A stretch of DNA of 64,000 bases, taken from NCBI GenBank assembly GCA_013239625.1, contig MU053934.1, positions 520,074 to 584,073 of the forward strand, given 5' to 3'. The notes under the pieces were generated by a model. It was not told the DNA's origin, made no database searches, and worked only from the letters and a program-made list of their open reading frames with translations. A program made the translations under genes and the position numbers. Shown here one piece after another: positions 13,085-26,799 of this stretch; the stretch's first letter is position 1; the number at the start of each line of letters is the position of its first letter. The stretch is from Lama guanicoe (lineage: Eukaryota).

Positions 13085-13330
13085 TTTTAATTGAAGTACA
13101 GTCAATTTACAATGTTGTTGTTAGTTTCTGGTGTACAGCACAGTGATTCAGCTACACACATACATATAAATTCCTTTTCATATTCTTTTTTATTATAGGC
13201 TATTACAAGGTACTGAATATAGTTCCCTGTGATATACAGTAGGATCTAGTTGTTTATCTATTTTATATAGTATGTGGTATCTGCAAATCCTGAACTCCTA
13301 ATTTATCCCTCTTGACCCCATTTCCCCTCG
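13085..13330 (-). mobile_element. 5'-truncated L1 3' end
   Basis: ttttaattgaagtacagtcaatttacaatgttg...tttctggtgtacagc...gaatatagttccctgtg. Confidence 0.88.
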
Positions 13331-14100
13331 GTCCTCCATATCCTCATTTGGAAAAAGAAGGATGAAGCCTTGTTGGAGTGCTGGGAGAAGTCAGCAAGAG
13401 AATATATGCAGCCCCTCCCCACCCATCCTAAAGGTGCTTGACACAAACAAGTGGGGCTAATCCAGATAATGAGCCTTCTTCAGTCGTGTATAAATTTAAT
13501 CAACCATGATTTGTTGAGTGTTTATAAACTGCGAGGGAGGCACTTTGCACAACTCTGAGACTGAAAACATAAACAAGACCCAGAATTCCCCTATCCTGGG
13601 GATTCTTAAGATCTGACATGAGAGATGGACGGAGTCCACTGGGGGAAACGTGCACTGGGATGATACTCCTTCGAGGATGCAGCAAAAGGAGTCAGCACAC
13701 TCTCCACCCTGCCTGGGACACCCCTCCAAACCCGACACTCGCTTTCATCCAATCTCCTCCTTCTGATCGTGGAACTCAGCAAGTCTTTCCTTAACTCCAC
13801 CCACCTACCCAAGGTATGAAAAAGATTATGTCCTGTGCCTCATGCCTTCCTAGCCCCCTGCACCATCCAACGTGGCATCCAATGTGCAATCATATGATTA
13901 GTTCCCATCCCCCCAGCCTAGCAGTGAGCCCAGAGACCATGTGTTTTAACAGGACTGATTCCCAAAGGTGTAACACATCTCCTGACACCTAGGAGGCTGT
14001 CAGTAAATATAAATCGACTGGATGAATAGACAGGCAGACAAATGGACAGACAGATAGCCAGACTGAAATCCCAGTGAGGCATGGACATTTCTCTCTAAAC

Positions 14101-14556
14101 CAGCCCTGCCCAATAGAAAGATAATGCTAGCCACATATGTAATTTTCAACTTTCTTGTAGCCATATTTAAAAAAAAGACAGGTGAAATTAATTTTAATAG
14201 TATATCTTTTTTAACCCAACAGGTCCAACATATTACCATTTCAACATGTAACCAATATAAAAATAATTGATGAGATCATTTACATTCTGGTTTTTTTCAT
14301 CCTAAATATTCAAAATCGGATGTATATTTGACACTAAGTACATTTCAATTTGGATGCTAAATTTTCAATGATTAAAGTAAGTGGAATCCTTCTAAAAATA
14401 ATAAACTTGTGTGGAAAGGAAAAACATTTCACACTCCTCCAGGTTTAAAATTTAAATTATTAAGATTAAGTGAAACTTGAAGATCCGGCCACATGAGCCA
14501 CATTTCAGGCGCTCAACAGTCACAGGGTGGGGTGGCTACTGCCTGGCAAAGCACAG
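14101..14556. mobile_element. hAT-Charlie DNA transposon (MER33/Charlie1-like)
   Basis: cagccctgcccaatagaaagataatgctagccacatatgtaatttt...agccacatttcaggcgctcaacagtcac...gtggctac. Confidence 0.8.
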
Positions 14557-14659
14557 AAACAAACCACAACAGTCATCACCCGAAAAACTGAGACCTTTCA
14601 TGCTGAATGAGATCTAGCGCAAGGGAGACAGGGACATTCACTGTGACACGACGACAGTT

Positions 14660-14825
14660 GCCTTCTGACCCATCATCTCATGGAATCCTTCGCCATCCTG
14701 TAAGAGGCATTGCTGCTCTCATGGCACAGAAGGAGAAACTGGGGTCGAGAGCGGTTACGTCTGTTGACCAAGCTGGTCAGTGGCAAGCAGGGTTTGAACC
14801 ACGGACTGGTTAAATCCCACATCTG
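14660..14825 (-). mobile_element. MIR SINE
   Basis: cagaaggagaaactggggtcgagagcggtt...agctggtcagtggcaagcagggtttgaacc. Confidence 0.7.
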
Positions 14826-14989
14826 TGTCCTTCGCCAGGGTACTCCTGAGCTTCAGACGAAGGGAATGAAATCTGTCTATGGACGTCTAGAACCCAACTA
14901 CACGAGACATATGCGTGTACCAATATTCCCTGGTCTGGTGGACCAGAGTCTGGTCGCAAGTATCAGTCCTCAGGCTCTGAGCACATCAG

Positions 14990-15290
14990 GTCAGAACTTC
15001 TCTGCCCAGTCATGGTTACGAGACTTCCTCTGGCCAATGAAATTAGAGCACAAGTGATGGAGAGGAAGCTTTCAGAACCAGCTGTGTGTCTTCCTTTCTC
15101 TGCTAGAATGACCAGAAATGGTCCTGATGGGGTGGCCTCACCATCTTGGATCCCATGGTGAAAACAGCACAGAGCTGAGACATAGGTGACCCACCCTGGA
15201 CAGACACGTGGTTTGGGGGGACAACTCTGATCACCGCAAGTCTCTGAGCTTTGTTACCCATCATAATGTAGCCTCCTGACATGCTCATGG
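14990..15290 (+). mobile_element. old MLT1 (MaLR) LTR fragment
   Basis: ctctggccaatgaaattagagcacaagtga...ttgttacc...catgatagcct-like 3' end. Confidence 0.55.
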
Positions 15291-15939
15291 TTAACTTGAG
15301 AGTGGAAGATGGGTAGATCTGGTGTTCCAAAAAAAGTGGGGAACTCTGGAGCTCTTCCTTATTTTAACTGCCGGAAACCTGCAGGCTGCTCCTCCCCGAA
15401 GTCAGCCAAAGGGCTATTACACCACCAGCTGTGGTGGGGTCTGCTTTCATTCCTACTGGCATTACTGTATTTCTCACAAATAGCTCATTAAGGCAATTAT
15501 CAGTCATTAGCACAGTAGCCTGAGCATCAGCTCAATCACACACATTAATAAAACACAATTTAGCAGAGCCAGTAAAGGCATGAACAGACCAGGCTCCCTT
15601 GTGGGGCACTCCCGGCTTGAGCTGAAGAGAATTTCCACTACACGAAAGCAATGCCCTCCCCAGAAGTGTGCCGCTCTCAGCAGCTTCTCAGTCACCGTCT
15701 GCACGCAGTTCGGCTCAACCAACAAAACCTGAAGCCTTGGAGGATAAGGAGGCGCCGGACAGGCAGAAAATGTTAATCCGCTTTCCAATTAAAAAAAGAA
15801 TTCCCAAATCTTGGAAACATGGAAGACGGTCAGCTTTAGAGAGTGGGAAAGTTGAGATTTGGTATAGAGAGGCAGGGCCCAGGGCAAGAAGGCTGGAGCC
15901 CACCTGGGAAAAGCTTTATACATCATATTAGGCTGTTCA

Positions 15940-16340
15940 GGACTTGTCTGGAGGCAACAAGGGATCCTTAAGGAGGCTTAAGCAGGGACTGCCATGAGCT
16001 TCTCTGGGCTTTCGAGAAACCACCATGGCAGCACGAGAATGATGGATTAAGAGACAAAGGGGGGAGGAACCAGGCCAGGGATGATGGGAACCCCACCCAG
16101 GGCCGTGACAGATGGAGGTGGAAAATCCTGCGGGAGGCATCAGGAGGGAATGGACTAACTGCAGCTTAGCGCTCAACTGGATGACCTAAGAGAGAGGGAG
16201 CAAGGAGAGGGGAAATTGGAGAGAGAGAGAAAGTTTCTAGGGATGACTCTGGGATGTCAACCTTGAGGACATGATGATGCCATGAAAAGAGACCTTTAGA
16301 CATTGTTTTGATAGGTTTAATCTGGATGGGCCCATGCAGA
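15940..16340 (-). mobile_element. LINE-2 fragment
   Basis: atggattaagagacaaag...ggaaccaggcca...ggatgactctgggatgtc... purine-rich L2 antisense pattern. Confidence 0.55.
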
Positions 16341-17225
16341 AAACAACTAACAGATGGAAATACTGACATAGAAAACTCATTTCTTTTCTTACTCAAGGGC
16401 ACTTAATGTCTAGGGCTGGTCCCTGAGGTCAAGACCATGCTAAGTTCCAACAGACTCTGAAATGTACCGAGAATTGTGTCTGCCCTACTCTGCCTTCCAA
16501 TGGTTCCAACAGAGCAGCTTACCTGCCCATAGCTTATGACAGGCAGTTTCGTCTTGAACAAGGCTCTTTTAGGCATTATTGTCTTTTCTTTGTCATCACT
16601 CCCCCCAGATGCGTGCCCAAGTGAGGCTCTGCACACCATAATGCCATTTCCATCAACTCAAGTCTCCAAGGAAAACCGGGATTCAAACCAGAGCCTCCCA
16701 GTGTGCACCGGGTGAGCTTTCATTGCTAAGACCTCGCTCAATCACACGCTCCTCTCTGATCCGCCGGGTCAGGGTGCAGACAGTGCACGCCTTGCCGGGC
16801 TGTCCTGTCCATCTGTCAGACCCTCTGAGATGCCCCTCTGGGGATGCCAGTCCACGGCTGAGTCTCCCTTCGTGTAGAGCAGTTTGCTCCAGAAGCACAG
16901 TCAAGCCTCAACAGCTGTCTGGGCCAACAGCACAACACGGATCACCACGCTTCTTCCCAGCCTGTTCACTCACCCAACAAACATGGCTGAGGCCTGACAG
17001 CATGCCAGACCTCGTGCTGGACAGGGAGGCATAGAGATGAAAAGAAAACCATCTGTCCTTCAAGGAGTTCACAACTTCCTCCAGCGGACAAAGAAAGAAA
17101 AAGACAAATAAAATGCAGGTGTATTTACCGTGAGACTGGCTCTGCTGGCTTTCTGGTTTTCCCATTGGGTGATGCTGAGTTAGTATGTAAATGCAGGCTG
17201 TCAGTTTAACGTTGGCTTCAGTGGT

Positions 17226-17556
17226 TGTCTTAGTGGCTTCGGGCAGCTCTAGCAAAGCACCGTGGACGGGGTGGCTTATAACAACAGCAGTTTGTTTCTC
17301 GTGGTTCTGGAGGCTGGGAAATCCAAGATCAGGGTGCCAGCACGGTCAGGTTCTGCTGAGAGCCCTGCCCCAGGCTGCAGCCTGACAACTATATCCTCAC
17401 ATGGTGAAATGCAGGTGGTGGCGACTCTTATAAGGGCACTAATCCCATTCGTGGGAGCTCCACCCTCATGCCCTCATTTAATCATAACCACCTCCCAAAG
17501 GCCCTACCTCCTAATAGTGATGACTTTGGGGAGAGACACACAGACAGTCTATTGCA
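17226..17556 (-). mobile_element. MLT1A-type solo LTR with 5-bp TSD
   Basis: tgtcttagt...gttctggaggctgggaaatccaagatcagggtgccagca...ttataagggcactaatcccatt...ttgca; TSD gtggt at 17221-17225 and 17557-17561. Confidence 0.9.
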
Positions 17557-18360
17557 GTGGTGTTATTAGAAACATCCACTGCATTCAGAAGTGTCATTCT
17601 TAGAAGCAACAAACTGTCCCAGGTAAGGATGTCAAGCTTGTAGTAACAGAGCAGCATCACACAGATTCTTTTGTTTATCTTCTGACAGTCAAGTGTTCCA
17701 GGGCCAGAAAGAGAACAGGGTGCCAATACTGCCCCCTACCACCACCACACACATCTTAGTGGAAGCCAGATGTGTCTAGCTTGTGAGATCCCCTCTGCCT
17801 AACAGAGCAGGGCATGCTTGAACAGGTCTGAGAATGGTGAGCACTCATCTTCAAAAGTGATGATGCGCTGCTGGTCCCACCTGGCTACAGCCAATGAGAA
17901 ACCACCCTCCACTTCCGCCCAACCTCAGCTCCCAGCTCCAGATGACAAAGCACTGCCTCGGGATGTTCCATCTTTTCTGCTCAAAGATGTCATGGTGAAA
18001 TGCATTTTCACTATGAACACAGGAATCCCTGAACACCATCCTCTGCCCCATCTTGATGGGTATCCCCAGGTTTCCTTAACTCTCTTGCATTCTGCAATGC
18101 TCTCAAACTTCAAACCCCTTATAGGAAAATCTTTGGATTCAAACAAATGTCACATCATAGCAACTCCATGAACACTGAACAGATATACAGAGAGGGAAGT
18201 GATTATTTACTGAGTGTTTAAATCATGCGAGAGATACTTCACACACTTGCAACAAGCCTGGAAGATAATTATTTTTCCCCATTTTAAGTTAAAAATGAAA
18301 AAGACCATTGTTGAGGTTTAAGTTAATGACCATAATGTGGGCTGGGAAAGAAAATATGTC

Positions 18361-18558
18361 AGGGGCCAACATTCTATGTCTGGTCTATCTGACCTCCAAA
18401 ATTAACATTCCCTCCGTGACTCTCACTCAGTCATCTCAAATCCAGAATGCTCTCCTGGAAAGGCTAGACTGGTGGATGGTCACCGTCCTCTAAGTGCCTC
18501 AGCCTGACCTCACCCACCACGATCTGTCCCTGGAGCTAAGGCACTGAGTGTGTGTCAG
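18361..18558 (+). repeat. copy 1 of a ~200-bp diverged direct duplication
   Basis: aligns with 20590-20788; exact shared 27-mer tccagaatgctctcctggaaaggctag. Confidence 0.9.
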
Positions 18559-18627
18559 GCCAGCAGATGACCCTTTTCCAGTATCTCCAACACAGCACTT
18601 GGTTCTTGACATGCCCATGACAATGAC

Positions 18628-19016
18628 TGTGATGGTTAGCTTTATGTGTCAACTTGGCCTAAAGTCCCCAGTTACTAAGCAAATACTAGTCTGAGTTATT
18701 TTGTAGATGTGGGTAACATCTACAGTCAGATACTTTAAGTAAAGCAGAGGATCCTCAATAACGTGAGTGGGCCTCGTCCAATCAGTTGAAGGCCTTCAGA
18801 GCAAAACCTGAGGTCTCCCAGGGAAGACGTTCTGCTTCCACAAGGCACTACCTCCTGCCTGAGGTTCCAGCCTGCCACACATTTCAGACTTGCCAGCCCC
18901 AACAGTCACGTGAGCCAATTCCTGAAAGTAAAGCCTTTAGGAATATGTATATTCCTCTCTCTATATATCCATATCTCCCACTGGTCCTATTTCTCTGGAG
19001 AACACCGAATGATACA
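18628..19016 (+). mobile_element. MLT2 (ERVL) solo LTR with 5-bp TSD
   Basis: tgtgatggttagctttatgtgtcaacttgg...gtgggcctcgtccaatcagttgaaggcc...tctctggagaacac...taca; TSD atgac at 18623-18627 and 19017-19021. Confidence 0.92.
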
Positions 19017-20425
19017 ATGACCAACCCACGCATAACGTTGCATATAACCTCTTCACCTGCGGAAGACTGCCTTCCCCACAAACAAGGAAACTGCAGCTCC
19101 CTGCAGCTAAATAATGTGTCCAAGGAACACACAGACGTTAAAAGACAGGACCAAGATTTAGACTCAGACATTTACTCTCAAAATGGTATGCTGCTTCCCC
19201 CAAGACACATGGTCCCCCACAAAGTCACCGGAATCCCTAATGGGAATGCCAAGGAAAGGAGATTTAGTGGTTTGCCACTGGTTACACGTTGAGCACAGCC
19301 CGAGGAAGATGGGCGCCCACAGCCCAGCCAAAGGGGTGCCTCTCCGTCTGGGTGGGGAAGGTGCAGGCTGGCAGCTGGAGTCTGACATGTTCAGCTTCTC
19401 CCAGGACAGTAAGGAGACCGGGAGGGCACTGAGGAAGGGGCTAGCAGAGCTGAGGGTTTCCCTCGGTCCTTTTCCCCTTGGCTAAGCCCTCGGCCCCCCT
19501 CGCCTGCTCCCATATCAAGCTGTCCAGCTATTCAACACAAATGCCAAACTCACTGTTCTTCATTCACTCACAGGAATTCTTCATGTAAACCCCACCAGCG
19601 GGCACAGTAATTGCTCTGTGAACGCTGCCCGTTTTCCAATTTTGTTCCTTTCCTGATGCTGGGAGAATCTGCCATCAGAGAAAAGCCCTGCGTGGCCTTC
19701 ATCTGGTCCACAACAAGTGGGTGAGCGATTGGCTTTTTACAGTGGCTTCTACATCCGCAAAATAGAGCTGTTGGCATCCAAGACCGAATCTTGGGGATGG
19801 AACAATGTACACAGTGCAGGCACCTGTCTGCCATCCCAACCCCAGGGCCCACACACTTGTGGCTGCAACTTCAGGGAAGAGACTGGCTGACCCTGAAAAA
19901 TGGAGCCTTGACACAGAGTTGCAGCAAGGATCTGAGCTCTTTCTCTGCCTTTCCCACAAGGGATGGCGCTGGAAGGTGTGTGTGTTCACATCCCCAAGGA
20001 TGCAAGTTCTGCATCCGCAGAGGACAGGGAGGGTTTGCCGTGAGAGGAAAACCGTGGAGAGAGGTGCTTCAGAAGGAAGGAATCCAGCTTCTGAACCATG
20101 TGTAGATCATAAGCACTTCTTATGAGACTATCAGCCGCTCATCACCTCCCAAAAAACAGGCAACCCTCCTGAGCCCAATTATCTCCAACTTTTCCTCTTT
20201 CGTATTCAGTTTTCTCATTAAATGAGCACACAAAGGCATGGTCTGGTGTTTGGTTGCCGGCACAAATACAAAGTGTTTTAAGAGATGGAAACTCAAGACC
20301 TGGCTCAGGGAGCGCCCCTCTGTGGCCTGGGTAGGAAAGAGATGAGAAGTGAAAAATCTAGGAACCTTGCAGGGCAGCATCTGGAATTTCATGTGTGGTT
20401 TAAGCCACAAGAGGTAGTTTGGCTT

Positions 20426-20584
20426 TGATAGACATGATAGACAGACAGACAGACAGGTTGGATGGATGGGTGGACAGACGGATAGACAAACAATTAGACA
20501 GACAGACAGGTACGTAAGTAGATAGATAGACAGATAGATATCTAGGTAGATAGATAGACAGATACACAGACATACAGATAGATA
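20426..20584 (+). repeat. degenerate (GATA/GACA)n microsatellite
   Basis: direct inspection. Confidence 0.9.
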
Positions 20585-20589
20585 TGTTG

Positions 20590-20788
20590 AGGGCCAAGAT
20601 ACTAAGTGGTCTGTCTGACTTCCAAAATAAATATCCCCTCCATGACTCACTCAATCATCTCAAATTCCAGAATGCTCTCCTGGAAAGGCTAGTGATGGAC
20701 TGTCACCCTCCTCTGAGTGTCTCAATCATTCATGTCATCCTCCTCAACCTGACCTCAACCTGGAGCTAAGACACTGGGTGGATGTCAG
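20590..20788 (+). repeat. copy 2 of a ~200-bp diverged direct duplication
   Basis: aligns with 18361-18558. Confidence 0.9.
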
Positions 20789-22359
20789 ATGTGTGTCCGT
20801 GTGTGTACACACACATGCATACACACACATACACACACAGCGTCAAATATACACACTGGCGGCTCAGAAGTTCCCCCTCTGCCAGCCACACAAGCATCCT
20901 GGCACCCGCCTGCAGCCCTGCCTCCCAGCTGACGCTGTGCAAGGGCATGCCCACCACCGGCCTTTGCAGGTGCTAATACTTCTGCCTGGAATACACGTGT
21001 AGACACACCCTCGCGTCTAAAGTACTTGTATATCAGATACTCTTGTGAGTCCTTTGCACATAGAAATTCATTGATTGCTCAAAACAGCCCAACTGTCAGG
21101 CCATGATGGCAGTCTTGCCATCTCCATCTCACAGCCACAGAGAGTATGAATACCTTGCCCAAGGTCTACCGGCCAGAAAGGGCTGGTGGGCTCCAGACTT
21201 TCAAGCCCCTGACCCCTGCGCTGGCCCACATCTCAGACTCCTTGTGGTGGGCTCCCCAGCTGCCTCCTCCCTCTCCTTCAACCAGAGCTGAGGAGCTTTA
21301 TGTCACTCAACTCTCTGGAGGGCGGAGACCCTTGGGGCAGATCCCACAGCTTCCATGGCTGGGCACCCAGCGTGGCACCCACCAAACCCAACTCCGAAGC
21401 ACCAGAAGCGCTTCCGAGTGGTCCCAGGGTCACCAGATCCACAGAGAGAAAGATCACAGGAGGGTAAGAGCGAAAACAGAGAGGACGGAGCTGCTGGAGC
21501 CGGGCATGGCTTCAGAGTCGACTTGGCGGTGGGGGGAGTGGGGGGCAGGACAATTCGGCTGGCTGAACAGCCACCTAATAAATCCACCCTCCCCTCACAG
21601 CCAGGCTCCTCCATGGATCAGCAGTCAGCGGCACACCTTCTATTGGCAAAATGCTTCACCATCATTTTTATTAGTCATGCCTTACAGCTTCCCACTGGGT
21701 CAATACTATTGAGGGGCCAGTGGTAAGGCAGGACAAAATCATTATCCACGTCTGACGGAGGCAGAAGCTGAAGGAGGTGGGGGAGGGGAGGAGGGAGGGG
21801 GGAACAGGACGGGGACACCATGGTGTAGTGGGTGGGAACAGGGCTTCACAGCTTTAGACTCCAGCTCCACAACCAACCTGACCTTGGACAGTTCCGCACC
21901 TATAAAAATGGGGATATTTCTATATCTACTCATACGAGCACAGATATCAGTATCTCTCCATGCTACAAGGGCCCTTCATAATAGCTGAATAAATGGCATT
22001 TCCCCTCCTACTCAAGGTGGGGCACAGGGACCGAGGGCTCAGGATTCCAACCTAGGGATTCCAAGGCTCAGTCAATGCAGGGTGCAGGGTCAGAGTGTAG
22101 TTTTCAAGATTTGTCCATGTGTAGGGACTAACAGCCCTCATATGGACAGGGCATTTTAATGCAAAAAGTGAGAGGTGGTCTTTTAGTTGAAAAAAATACA
22201 GGTGGTATATTTGGGTGCACTCATTCATTCATAATATTTACTGAGCTTCTACTATATGCCAGATACTAATTAAAAAAAATGGTGGGGGGTGCATTAATGT
22301 TTCTTACGTGTCTCTCAATATCTACCCACATCATCTTCCAGAGTTTTGAGACGTCCGCC

Positions 22360-22740
22360 CACTGCAGCCTCTTCCATTTCCTGTTCTACACAGGCTGGAT
22401 CGAGCCTCTGCCCACACATTAGATGTTGGTCCCTCAGAGTCACGAGGCGGCTCCTCCTGCCTCCTCCGAGAGAAGCCTGTCACCCCCTAGAGAGGCCTGC
22501 CCAGACCTTGCCCTACAGCGTGCCCCCCACAAGTCCCTCTCCACCACACTCCTGAATGCAGTGTATTCCAGGCACAGATTAAGACCTGACATCGTCTTTA
22601 TTTGTTCACTCGTTGACGGGTTGCCAAACCAACGGGGATGTATACTCCACGGGGACAAAGATCCTGTCAACTCATTCATGGCTGTCTCTCCAGAGCCTGA
22701 TAAACTATAGGTGTTTGGTAAATATTTTCTGAATGAATAA
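22360..22740 (+). mobile_element. LINE-2 3' fragment
   Basis: cctcctccgagagaagcct...tactccacggggacaaaga...gtaaatattttctgaatgaataa. Confidence 0.65.
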
Positions 22741-24199
22741 AGGAGAGGGAAAGAAAAGAAGAAAGAGAGGTGGAAGGAGGAGGGGTGAGAAAGGGAGGGG
22801 AGGGAGTCAACTCAAGGCGGCTGCGCTCGACTGGAACCGACTTGAGAGCAAGCAGGCAGGGAGGCAGATGGCCCTAGAGAAGAGTCTTGGACAACGGAGA
22901 TTCTTGGAAGTATCTGCCGCCAGCCTGGAGAAGCCTGCCTTGCCCCCCGCGTGGATGCATCTTGCTCCTCCCACTTCTTGAGGGCAGCAGCTCTGTGTCC
23001 TACCCTCCCGTGCCCTGTGGACCTGAACAGATGGTACACAGCAAATACTTACCGGATCACGAAAACAAAGAAGGTTTGCCCGTGCTTTTTTGTTTACTTT
23101 TAAACAGATGAGACACCCAAGGACCAGCAAACCCAGGAACCTGTTGAAGGCTCACAGAACCCAGTGGATGAGAACCCAGGTCATCCCAACCTCCAGGGCT
23201 TTGTCTTCCGTCTCCCTGGGATGGCTAAATGACTGATTAGACCCTCAACCATTCCCCAGGAGAACATCCTCTCCACAACCGGATCCCAGCTACGGCTGCA
23301 GGTTACACCTCATTCCCATCTCCCATTGCCATCCTAAGAACTGGCGCCATAAATATTTGGGCATGTGGTACATGCTAATACCACGGTACGTGTTGATAGA
23401 CTGATTTATCCCCACGCTCAAAAGCAACTTCAAAGACCACCAGCTTGAAGAGAACTGGACTCATCGATTTCACCAGCAGCTCGATCCCAGATGTCAAGCA
23501 ACTTCAAGGTTCACACGGGCCCCCGTGGTCTTTGTAATCCAAAGGTATTGATCACAACAGCCAATTTCTGTCAGCCTCACCATCACATCACATTTTATCT
23601 CCTCTCAGTGGTTTGTGAGCTGAAAGCTCACTATCGGTTTAATGTTCTATAATGTGCATGGCAGAGCTGAGAAAATCGGGTACTCCACATACGCACATGC
23701 TGTGGATGATTTTTTTTTTTTGAAGTTCAGGCTTTCTGGCCACAAGCTCTGTATCCCCTTGCTGTTCTCCAACACATCTCAGGTCTCCCACCCAACCCAG
23801 CTCCCTTTCCAATTACATCGCCATCCAGGGCTATTCTAATGGGCCACTGCTTTACCAAGTCATTCATTTCCCTGCTAACAACCTTTACCATCATGCCTCC
23901 TTAGTGCCAGTTCTCAGCCCCAGACATCCTCCAGAAGTTGACTCAACTGCCTTAACTTCAAATATCCCTCCTTTACTCATTATTTGCTTAATTACTTTAT
24001 TAAATACTTAATCCCAGTAAATCCACTCCATTTAACCCACACAGCCCTCCTCACCAGCCTTTCTACATTTCTCATGGGGAGGGTGGGGTGGGGGGAATGG
24101 ATATGAATGTGAATCTTGCCTTCCCTGTGAATGATCTATGTGACTTTCAGGAAGCTTTTTAGCGTCTCAGAAATTCCATTTCTTCACCTACACATGGGG

Positions 24200-24560
24200 C
24201 CCTTTGTGGGGAGTGACAACTGTCCACCAAATCCTGGGCAGGTGGAGACAGTCCCCAGCCTCCACGCAGCGAGGTGTGACCAGAGGACAAAGTCCTAATC
24301 AGCAGTGATGTGGGACCCTCCTCAATGCTCACATTCATGCCCTCTGCTGTCTGGACACCAGAGTCCAGAGCTTAGAAATCACATGCAGACGATGACAGAG
24401 TTTCCTGCAGCCTGAGTCACTGTGTGTGGAGCACAGACACCGCTCCCCGCCACAGCCAATATTCTCCCCAAAATACTCATTCCGAGAGTGAGAAATAAAC
24501 ATCTTGACTCATTCTACATTCTTGGGTCTACTCAGTCTGCTCTAACCTAATGCACCATTC
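24200..24560 (+). mobile_element. old MLT1 LTR inserted in a MIR
   Basis: cagcctgagtcactgtgtgtggagc...gagtgagaaataaac is MaLR-like; MIR pieces on both sides. Confidence 0.55.
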
Positions 24561-25544
24561 TTCTACCCTAAAAGGATGGTTGTGACAATTAAACAATGAC
24601 AACTTGCCAAACACAATGCAGAGGACTGGGCACAGAGCCTGACAATACAACGATATTTGAGCATATTTTTCCTTCCTCCCTTTACTTTCTCCTGTAGCAC
24701 TTTGTTCCAGTTCTTTAAAATGAGAATAGAGGTCACCAGATATTAACTTCCCCACTATAGTAAGCTGTCGTTTATCCATATGCATCACTAGTTATTAATT
24801 AATTATTAATAATTATTAACAGCCAGTGTTTACATATCAAATTTTAAGTGCTTTATGTGCATGCTTTCATTTCACGCTTACAGTTAGTATAGGAATCTAA
24901 GCCTCGGAGGGTTAAGAATCTGCCCAAAGTCAAAAAGCTAACATAGAACCAGGGCTTGTCTCCATCCTATTCGAAACAGGATGAACTTTTCTGTCAAACC
25001 TGGTCTTCCTCCTGGTCCACCACCACCCCCTGCATTGCCCAAGCCAGGAATGTGCAGGGCCTCCCAGACTCTTCCCTCTCCTTCTTTTCCCCATGCTTAA
25101 CACCCCTAGTGCCACACACTTCTTCACCATGCCCCTGCTGCTGTCTGAACTCAGCCCCTTCTCATTCATACTCATTCAAGGTCTTAACTGGCCTTGTTCC
25201 CTCCATACTCGCCCCTTCCGGTCCTTTTCCAGGCTGCTGCTCAAGATACCTGCTGTCTAAAAGCCACACCCCTGCTGAAAGCCTTCACGGGACGCACCCT
25301 GCTCTGTGCCAAGGTCCCTGGTAGCTGACATCCCGCGCTGACGTGATGGATTTACTTGTCAATTTCACTGCTCTGGACTGTAGGCTCCATGAAGGCAGGA
25401 GCCCTTCTCAGTCATCACTGTGTCTCTGCCAGGCTCTCACAGAGTCAGTGGGAACACAACAGTGAAGAGAACAAAGGTGTCTGCCCTCCTGAGAGCCTGC
25501 TCTGGTTTAGGGAACTCTAACTGCTTCGCGTTGCCTGGCAGGCG

Positions 25545-25775
25545 TGGCAAGAGCACAAGCTGGAACTAATGGAGAATCTTAGCTTCATATACAAATATTG
25601 CCCCTTAACTATGTAGGCACGTACAAAGTCAGCGGTCTTCCATGAGTTTCAATCTCTCCATCGTAAAGCAGAAAAAAACGGCAGCTACTGAGGGTTCCAG
25701 TAGGCTTAAAAGAGGTGACGTATCCAGAGTAGGCCTGGAACAGTGCCTCGCGCATAGTAGGTACACACGAGTTTA
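25545..25775 (+). mobile_element. MIR SINE
   Basis: ctctccatcgtaaagcag...cctggaacagtgcctcgcgcatagtagg. Confidence 0.6.
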
Positions 25776-26799
25776 ACCCCCCATCTCAAAACTGTAAACT
25801 CCCCGAGTATTGGGGCCATGCCTGACACCTCCCTTTCTTTCCCCACCATGCCTTAAGGGTAAAAACCATGTCAGATAAATGTTTATTTGACGAATGAGGT
25901 AGTGAAGCTCTCCAGGAAAGCCAGCCAAAGATATTTAAGAAGTTCTTTCCAACTACCTGCATAAAAGGATACCTTAGAGCATGCTGAGAAAGAGCACAGA
26001 GCAGAGATAACAGACAAGACCACTCCAAAGTGACACCATGTACCCTCTCTGACCCCAACCAATGATCTTCTGTTTGCTGAAGCCCATATTTCTCCAGGCA
26101 GACAGATGTGCGTGTGTACACGTCTGTGCTTATATCAAAGTAGCTCAGTTTTCAGTACATTACTGGAAATGCTCAACAACTGGGAGCATGATGAACAAGA
26201 AAAAACAAGAACAAGGGAGGGAGACTGAAGGCTGCGCAAATGACGAAGCACTTACAAACGGCACAGGAAGGAACCGGAAAACTGTAAACAGCGATGCACC
26301 AATTCCCCAGGTACCATTTAAGTGACTTTTTTAGGTAACAAAAGTCTTACTGCTTTTAATGCTAAACCACTTCATTTTAACTAAACGAAAAGACACTTCT
26401 CTGATTTTATAATCAATATTATAAATATATTCTAAATTTTTCTTAATGATCTCAGTTAATCATGTATCCCCGACCTTGGCACGGGGCCTGGCTAAGGATC
26501 AGTGTTGCACTAAATTTTACTTAAGCTGCAGCAGCATTAGGTGTGCCCTTGGGAGCTACAAAGGGGTCCAGGCAATCAGCCCAGTGCAGTAGATATACTT
26601 GACCTTAGAGCTGGTGGACACAGCTTTCCTATACTTCTCCTACGGGTCAGACTGTCACTTGTCATTCATGGTGCTTGCTGGCTTTTCAAGCTCCTCTTTC
26701 AAGGGCACTGTTTTGTTACATACTCTAGCTGAGGAATTGAAACACAAAGCTGGTCGGAAGAGTGCGGAGGTCCTTCAGGCTGTCAGGAATCCTCTGCTT

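Noticed and set aside
16517..16640. Strong minus-strand donor CAG|gtaagc after an open frame (..MPKRALFKTKLPVISYGQ)
   Set aside because: Acceptor is weak, the peptide is unrecognised, and isolated donors are expected by chance.
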